Source of the DNA: Octopus vulgaris | Lineage: Eukaryota | Assembly (NCBI GenBank): GCA_951406725.2 | Contig: OX597823.1 | Span: 92,504,001 to 92,568,000, forward strand | DNA length: 64,000 nucleotides | Direction: 5' to 3' | Part shown: positions 55,937-64,000 of the stretch, one piece after another | Layout of the letters: each line of letters begins with the position of its first letter | Position numbering within the stretch: the first letter of the stretch is position 1 | Program-made: the position numbers and the translations under genes | The notes under the pieces: model-generated | The model's input: only the letters and a program-made list of their open reading frames with translations | Told to the model about the DNA's origin: nothing | Database searches by the model: none

Positions 55937-56832
55937 TATGATGATTCTTCATCTTGAGAGATGATAGCCGTCCCATCAACACATACACCACACCCCATCA
56001 CACAGTACAATCCCGCCATTGATGAGACCTTATATAACTTTTGAGACCAGCTACTGACTGACAGGGTTTAAAACACAAGTGACAGATATTATTCAAGTTT
56101 CTTCTATATCTTTGCACGTTGGAATCTGATTCATGTGAACTAGCATATGTCTTTTAAGTCCAGATATATACACACATACTCACACATTAACATTTCGCTG
56201 AGGCTTTGCAAAAGCGATAATCTGATATAGAACTCAATACCTCGTATATATGTGTTTTGGAGCGGATTGCTCTCTGAGTATAGATCGATAGTAAGAAAGA
56301 GAGACGACGAAGGAATAAAGGTTTGCCTTATGAAAATAATTAGCTTACGGGTCTTTCTGCTATAAGACTCAGTGGACTCATACTTGAGATGTATATATAT
56401 TATGCGCATGCGTATGTGTATATACTCTAACTAAATTTGCAATTGTATAAAGTTTCAATGTGATTGGAGACAGATTTAATCTAATGTCTGACTTTTTAAA
56501 AGTTTCTAGTTTAGGTTTGGGATCCTTAAATATGCCTACCAGACCAGCTTCACATCTATTTATGCACTGGTTATTGAAATCGGGAAAAATCACATTTGGA
56601 GTTTTGTGGATGAAGTATTTACTAATTGTTCAGCACAGGATTGGGGGTTCGGTGTTACAAAGTGAATGGAAAATAACAGCGTAATTTATTTTGTATATCG
56701 TGTATTGTTACATGTAAACAAAATTCCTGTTTTTAACATCGCGATGAAGGAATACTCTTAGTATCTACTGCAGTTTAGAATTTATGGAAATTATAGAATT
56801 TTGGAAGAGGCCATTCTAAATCGTGTGCTTAT

Positions 56833-57374
56833 ATATATTAATACTTTACGTTTCACGTTATAAATTATTTTCATTTGTCATAGCAGGGGTGCGACAGGTC
56901 TGCAAGTTCAGACATTTAACAGATTTATTAAAGCTATAAATTCCTTCCGCCCCCTTAACTGCTGAGTTCAGTTGCCACCTTGATCAACTTTCCCTCACAG
57001 CGTTTAGGGTACGAGAAAACAAATGTCAGGTGAGCCCCGGAGTCGGTATCATCGACTTGTTCCACCCTCCACAAAAACTGCTGATGTTGTGCTAAAATTT
57101 GAAATCTTTGCATTTTGGGAGTAGATACAGTAGAAAGTTTTGTCGTAAATATGACATAAATTTTGTTTTTCATGCGTGATGGTGCAAAAATTTTATGAAT
57201 AATACCTTATAATCAACGCACCAAAGTTAACTCATCTACACGCAAATACATATACATTCCTGCACATATATTAATACTTTACGTTTCACGTTATAAATTA
57301 TTTTCATTTGTCATAGCAGGGGTGCGACAGGTCTGCAAGTTCAGACATTTAACAGATTTATTAAAGCTATAAAT
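56833..57374 (+). repeat. 109-bp direct repeat (56833-56941 = 57266-57374)
   Basis: Identical by eye; offset 433 bp. Confidence 0.9.
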
Positions 57375-58030
57375 ATTACTTTATTACTTTCTATAGTGTT
57401 AGATGTACACACTTCATTTTATAATACTGCTCACTCAGCCAAGAAATGTGAATAGCATCGATCTTTTTTTCTACTTCTTTACAGTTAGCAGCGACGGATT
57501 ACGTGAAAAAATAAAACAAAATAGAAGTTTATGAATATAAACATTTAATAACAATGCCATTGTCAGATATTCAACAATGGACGCTTAAGATCAATGATGC
57601 CAACATCTAAATACATAATTATTTACCAGATAAAGTTGCGGCCCCGTACGCAGCCACTTGCCTTGCTGAAAGAACCGATTAACCCTTCGTTCACTTCCCA
57701 TTGCTTAACAGAGGAAAGCAAATTGGAGTGTAACGTTGTGGGTCCTGGTTGCAGTATTTAAGTAAAATAGGAAAGAATGTGATTTGAAAGTGGTTATAGT
57801 TCAGTGAAGTAATGTTAACTAATGTGATAAACAACAAGTAATTGTTATCTACAACATTTGTTGAAATAAATACGGAGTAATGATACTTCCACCTGGATAA
57901 TGAAATGAAGTATGAGATGTTATAAAAGGGAAGATAACAAGAATTTCGAAATCATAATAAGTAATAATTTCTTACTCAAATTCAAAAAGTGAACTTTAAG
58001 GAGGAAAGTTGCAAAGAGTCGATTATATTT

Positions 58031-58258
58031 ATTTCTTTATTGCCCAGAAGGGGCTAAACATAGAGGGGACAAACAAGGACAGACAAAGGGATTAAGTCGA
58101 TTATCTCGACCCCAGTGCGTAGCTGGTACTTATTTAATCGACCCCGAAAGGCTAAAAGGCAAAGTCGACCTCGGTAGAATTTGAACTCAGAACGTAGCGG
58201 CAGACGAAACACCGCTAAGCATTTCGCCCGGCATGCTAACGTTTCTTGCTGTCTGCTC
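58031..58258 (-). mobile_element. SINE-B monomer
   Basis: Reverse complement of 31021-31252. Confidence 0.85.
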
Positions 58259-58365
58259 ATCTTACAACTCCTTCTCTCTCTCCCTCTCTCTCTTTCCCTT
58301 TCTCTCTCTCTCTATCTCTATCTATCTATCTAACTATCTATCTGTGTCCAACTATCTAAATACAT

Positions 58366-58413
<48 letters not shown>

Positions 58414-58421
58414 TTATTTAT

Positions 58422-58492
<71 letters not shown>

Positions 58493-58584
58493 CATATATG
58501 CATGTATGTGTGTGTGTTAATTAAAATGAGACTACGAAGACAAGGCTGTGTATAATTTTTAGGACATTTATGGAGAGAAAGTTA

Positions 58585-58633
58585 GTCTTAAAATCTGTTT
58601 CGAGGATATTAACGATATCCCTTCATCAGAGAC
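58585..58633 (-). ncRNA. Degenerate hammerhead motif in a pLTR-like remnant (58520-58945)
   Basis: Reverse complement GTCT-CTGATGA-A-GGGATAT-cgtta-ATATCCT-C-GAAACAG..TA-AGAC; helices I and II pair, helix III is decayed. Confidence 0.6.
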
Positions 58634-58961
58634 GATGTGAGATAGTTAAATAGAAGGAAATAGTAGTGGCTAATATAAGGAGGTAATTTTGAAAAGGATG
58701 GAAACAAGGAGTATAAAAGGAATTAAGGGAATAAAAGTAAAAAGAGAAACATATGTAGGACCTTATAGTTGCAGTGCCATTATTCAATGAAAGTGGTGTC
58801 TAGAAATGATTCTCGTACATGGTATGGAAATTCCAATGTGAGTTCATAGTTTGTCATTACACATGGAAAGTGTGGAGATGTAGATCCCATGCGCCGTTCA
58901 TTTAAAGGAGCCTGACACAGCCTTGGCTTTGTTGTCTCAATTTATTTAACATATATATATA

Positions 58962-59014
<53 letters not shown>

Positions 59015-59020
<6 letters not shown>

Positions 59021-59656
59021 GTATATATATAGAGAGAGAACAAAGTGTATGTACTCAGCAATATATATATATATAATAAAATACAAAATGGGACAAGAAT
59101 GCAAAACATCCGGACAACTAGGTAATACAAAAAGGGACAACAAAACATCCAGTTAGACGACACAAAAAAACACAGAACTGCTGAGTTCAGTTGCCACCTT
59201 GATCAACTTTCCCTCACAGCGTTTCGAGTACGAGAAAACAAATTCCAGGTGAGCCCCGGAGTCGGTATCATCGACTTGTTCCACCCTTCACAAAAACTGC
59301 TGGTGTTGTGCTAAAATTTGAAATCTTTACATTTTGGGAGTAGATACAGTAGAAAGTTTTGTGGTAAATATGACATAAATTTTGTTTTTCATGCGTGATG
59401 GTGCAAAAATTTTATGAATAATACTTTATAATCAACACACCAAAGTTAACTCATCTACACGCAAATACATATACACTCCTGCACATATATTAATACTTTA
59501 CATTTCACGTTATAAATTATTTTCATTTGTCATAGCATATAAGATCCACATTAGACTCCTCACTCGTATCATCATCGAACCGAGAGTTCAACTACGGTCC
59601 TTCCATAGCACTTACATAGCCTTACATGCCACCCTAGCTCTTCTGGATACCAATAA

Positions 59657-59687
<31 letters not shown>

Positions 59688-59878
59688 GTTCTCTCTCTGT
59701 CTTCTCCCCTTCCTTATTCCTTTTGTTCCTCTTTTTCTCTCTCTTCTCTTCTCACGTGACCGTTGGCCGACTGCTAGCCCTTTTTTGCGTCTGACCACGG
59801 TCACTGCCACATCGACATTCTTCCCTCTGCCGTAAGGCTTCATTTCTACCCCCTCCAGTCGAAATACGCCTGTTGTTG

Positions 59879-59940
<62 letters not shown>

Positions 59941-60340
59941 ATTATTATTATTATTATTATCATTATTATTATTGTTTTTCTTGGTTCTTTTATTGTATAT
60001 TTGTATTTATATTCTTGCAACATCGTCTGTTTTTCCGTCCTCGTTTCGTATATATTCGATGCTTTTTCCCCAGGAATCTAATGCTAATGCTTTTAGCTTA
60101 GTTTTTCCTTGGGGCTGGCCAGATTGGAGCTATCTCAACATTAATCAGCCGAAATTGCGAGGATTTTCCGGTTCTTGACTATGTTTTTTTTTTGTATCGT
60201 CTAACTGGATGTTTTGTTGTCCCTTTTTGTATTACCTAGTTGTCCGGATGTTTTGCGTTCTTGTCCCATTTTGTATTTTATTATATATAAATATATTGAG
60301 GCGTACATACACTATGTTCTCTCTCTATATATATACATAC
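59015..60340 (+). mobile_element. Family P2 PLE remnant with inverted pLTR arms and captured local DNA
   Basis: 59015-59172 is the reverse complement of 60182-60340; 59176-59537 duplicates 56957-57318. Confidence 0.82.
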
Positions 60341-60413
<73 letters not shown>

Positions 60414-60456
60414 ATATGTATGTATATATATGTGTATATATCTATATACGTATGAA

Positions 60457-60530
<74 letters not shown>

Positions 60531-61721
60531 CAATATTCATACGCCATAGTTTAACTTCCATCTTATTGTCTTCACTGTAAGTCTAAGGTTTTGAATCGCT
60601 ATTTACAAACATACAACGAAAAATTACTGGCAGAAAAGCTTCACACTACTGATGTAATTTCATAATCTACTGACAGAACTATCTCCATAAATATTCACTC
60701 CAGTTCGTATAGTCTTGTATTCTTCTCTTGTTTCTTTCTTCTTCCTCCGATACTGACTATTTGGTTCACTGAGTGACAACTTCCAACCCGTACAATACTT
60801 TATTTTCCGTTCAAAGTTATTTACTTTCCGCCCGTCAAATTAAGAAACATAATTTCCCTTACCAAGTTATTTTCATTGCTTACTATCTTCTGGACTCATG
60901 TATTTCTGTAGGAATTTCAACCGTGTTTCGTAGTCGTGGTCTGCTACCACAACAGCTCCTTTATAGGATCCAGTTAGCTCAAGACATCATCAGGAGGAAC
61001 CACGTCCGGTTTCGGCCCCTACACTTCTACCGTTTTGATATGGCGGGGCCCCACTTCCGAAGGTGTGTTCAGCTCTGGTGTTGGGATGTTTTCTTTCTTC
61101 CTTCTTCTGTTCCCTGGCCTCTTCGATGTAGCGTCAACGAGTGTCAGCGGGCAACTGACTGTCTAGTCAAAGTTTTCCCTTTAAATACCTGCTGCAAGAC
61201 TCCAGCAGGCATCTCCAATAAGTTGTCACGTGACACTGCCTCAACTTTATATATAACCCTACGTAGAAGGAAAATGTCAAATTTGTCATCATAACTACAG
61301 GTTTCTGCCCGATCCCACCAAGCTTCGATTGCCATAAATTTCAGAAAAAAATGGATATATTTCAATAAAATATTTTTCTACGAATATGCGTTATACCATG
61401 TCGATTTCGAATATATAACATTTTGGGGGTTACGTGCTTTAGGAGGGGATGAGGAATTTCTGAAAATTCACCGGAGTCTACTTCAATTCATCTCAACTTT
61501 CAAAAGGAATATGTTTTAATGAAATTCTCTACAAATATAAATTGGAATATTATTAGATTAGATTCACTTGTTTAAAAAGGTTTCTCAATATCAACTTCCT
61601 GTATGGGGAGAAAAGCGGCGAAGTCTGCCCCTGTCCAATTCAAATGTTTTCATTTCGAGTTTTGATTCGCTATTTGTATACAACTACGATACATTACTGA
61701 AAAAAAATACTAATTATTTTC

Positions 61722-61945
61722 TTTTATTCTTTTACTTGTTTCAGTCATTTGACTGTGGCCATGCTGGAGCACCACCTTTATAGACGAGCAAATCGACGCC
61801 AGGACTTATTCTTTGTAAACCTAGTACTTATTCTATCTGTGTCTTTTGCCGAACCGCTAAGTTACGGAGACGCAAAACACACCAGCATCGATTGTGAAGC
61901 GAAGTTGGGGGCACCAACACAAACACACAAACATATACACACACT

Positions 61946-61997
<52 letters not shown>

Positions 61998-62152
61998 CAC
62001 GACGGGCTTCTTTCAGTTTCCGTCTACCAAATCCATTCACAAGGTTTTGGTCGGCCTGAAGCTATAGTAGAAGACACTTGCCCAAGGTACCACGCAGTGG
62101 GAATGAACCCGGAACCATGTGGTTGGTAAGCAAGCTACTTACCACACAGCCA
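61722..62152 (-). mobile_element. SINE-A
   Basis: Collinear with 18068-18514. Confidence 0.88.
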
Positions 62153-62217
62153 TATTCGGTAACATAAAGAACATTCCCTTCATCAGTTGTCCCCTGTTTT
62201 ATCTACTCCGCGTTTCG

Positions 62218-62256
<39 letters not shown>

Positions 62257-63186
62257 AACTGAAATATGGTACAAGGATGTTACATCTGGAACCTGAGAAT
62301 TCGGTTATATTACGACGCTTAACGAACTTCCACATTTCTTCTACTGGAAACTCTTATTGCTTGAGATGCGCTTGGAGGAAACTTCGGTACCCTATTACGC
62401 TAGAATTTCCTCTCATATTTTGGATATTGGCCCAAGTATTATATATACCTCTAGTTTTGGAGTTAGTATATTGTAAATATCTTCCACACGACTGGACCTC
62501 ATATCTCCTTCCCTCTGCACAATCCTACTGTCTTTTCCCTTGAATTCTTTACAATTTTCAACTTTCTTTGTTATTTCTGAAGAAAATGTAAATCATGTTA
62601 ACGCATCGAAGTTTTGCCTTTCCTCTCGTATCATCATAATATTTTGGTTGCTGCACCTAACTGATGTCCACGTCTCTATCTCTCCTTTCGATTTCCCTTT
62701 CTGTCGGAATTAATCGAAGGTTCTTATATTAACACGCAGAGCAAATGCCAGTTTGCTCTTCACCCGTAATCTAATATTTTTTTGTCTTTCTACAGACACT
62801 ACAAAATATATCTCCAAGACAGATTCTATTCCTCTGAAGAACGTCAGCACAACCAAACAAAATAATTACTCACTCAGCTGTCTATATTTGTGTCTGTGAG
62901 TTGGTAGAACCGTTAAATTCTTAGCACCATTCTTCCGTTTGTTTTCAACGTTCTGGCGTCATATAACTCAGAAGACAACTTTTCTTTTCATCCATTCGGT
63001 GTCGTTAAAATAAAGTACCAGTCAAGTACAAAAGCTGAAATAGTCGACTACGTTCTCCTAACAATTGATGGACTCGTGCAAAAGCTTAAAACACTTATTT
63101 GTTTATGATTGCAGCGTGGAAGGTATTTATAAGCCATTTAAGAAACACACAAAAGCCGTTCGATTCACTTCAACATTTAAATTTAA

Positions 63187-63237
63187 TTTGTCAAAATATT
63201 TTCGTCGCTTTGAGACCACGACCTGTTCACTGACAAA
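63187..63237 (-). ncRNA. Hammerhead variant with G3-C8 core (GUGAACA)
   Basis: Reverse complement TTTGTCA-GTGAACA-G-GTCGT-ggtctcaaa-GCGAC-GAAAATATT-T-TGACAAA: 7-bp helix I, 5-bp helix II, palindromic AATATT helix III. Confidence 0.72.
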
Positions 63238-64000
63238 ACTTCGTGCTGCATCTGAGAAAGTAACAGTTAGTTCATGATAAATATGTACGTATATATATCT
63301 GTGTGTGTGTGTATGTATGTATGTATAAATGTGCGTGTATGTATGTATGTATGTTCGTATGTATGTATGTGTGTACGTGTATGTGCGCATGCATGTGTAC
63401 ATGCCCATGCGCATGTATGTACTTATGTGCTTACGTATGTATGTGAGTATGTATGTGAGTATTTAGGAGAGTGTGTAGACGTGTTTGTGTGTGTGTACAT
63501 GTGTATGTACATGTGGACGTATGTTTATGTACTGTTTATGACTATTGCCCTCAAACTCTCTGAGTTTGTCATAAATGTAACGACGGTCCCATGGTACAAC
63601 GTCATCGCCAATTGTCCTTGCTGAGCCCTTTTCCCATATGTTGTATCACTCCCCCTCCCAGGGGTGTGGTGCTTGTGCTGTTAATGCAATGACACAGCTT
63701 CGTTCTTCTACTACGACGTTGTTGTTCTGCTGGTGTTCTTGTTGCTGCTGCTGCTGTTGATGAAGAAAATGATGATGATGACGTTGAAGGTGATGAGGAT
63801 GTTGAGGTTGATGATGATAAGAGGTTGATGATGATAGTAATGATGATAATAACCATGATGTTGAGAAGGAGGGGTTCGAGAATGAAGAAAAGGATGATGA
63901 TGATGGGGATGGTGGTGGTAGTTTTAATGTTGCTGTCTATGGTGACGTCGGTGATAACGATGATGACGACAACGATGACAACGACGATGATGATTATATC

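Overview
Repeat-saturated, AT-rich eukaryotic DNA with no intact host gene that I can support. The SINE families and very high (TA)n/(TACA)n/(AAT)n density suggest an octopus/cephalopod genome (inference). Contents: several Penelope-like retroelement (PLE) remnants (a near-complete RT + GIY-YIG copy at ~990-3770 and fragments of other lineages); many PLE terminal-repeat (pLTR) remnants carrying minimal hammerhead-ribozyme (HHR) motifs; three tRNA-like SINE families (working names A, B, C); R4/Dong-like and RTE LINE fragments; a full-length but dead IR/DR Tc1 (DD34E); DD37D and mariner relics; and two Helitrons. Main points of interest: (1) about ten HHR-like motifs from several unrelated pLTR families, including one with a compensatory G3-C8 core swap; (2) two TSD-flanked head-to-head pLTR-HHR mini-elements, fold-back palindromes, and capture of neighbouring DNA between inverted pLTRs; (3) a 2.15-kb ORF1-only (zinc-knuckle, no RT) non-LTR element inserted in a SINE head that carries an internal 18-nt copy of its own target site. 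Most ORFs in the supplied track are microsatellite artefacts. All alignments were done by eye, so boundaries of decayed repeats are approximate.
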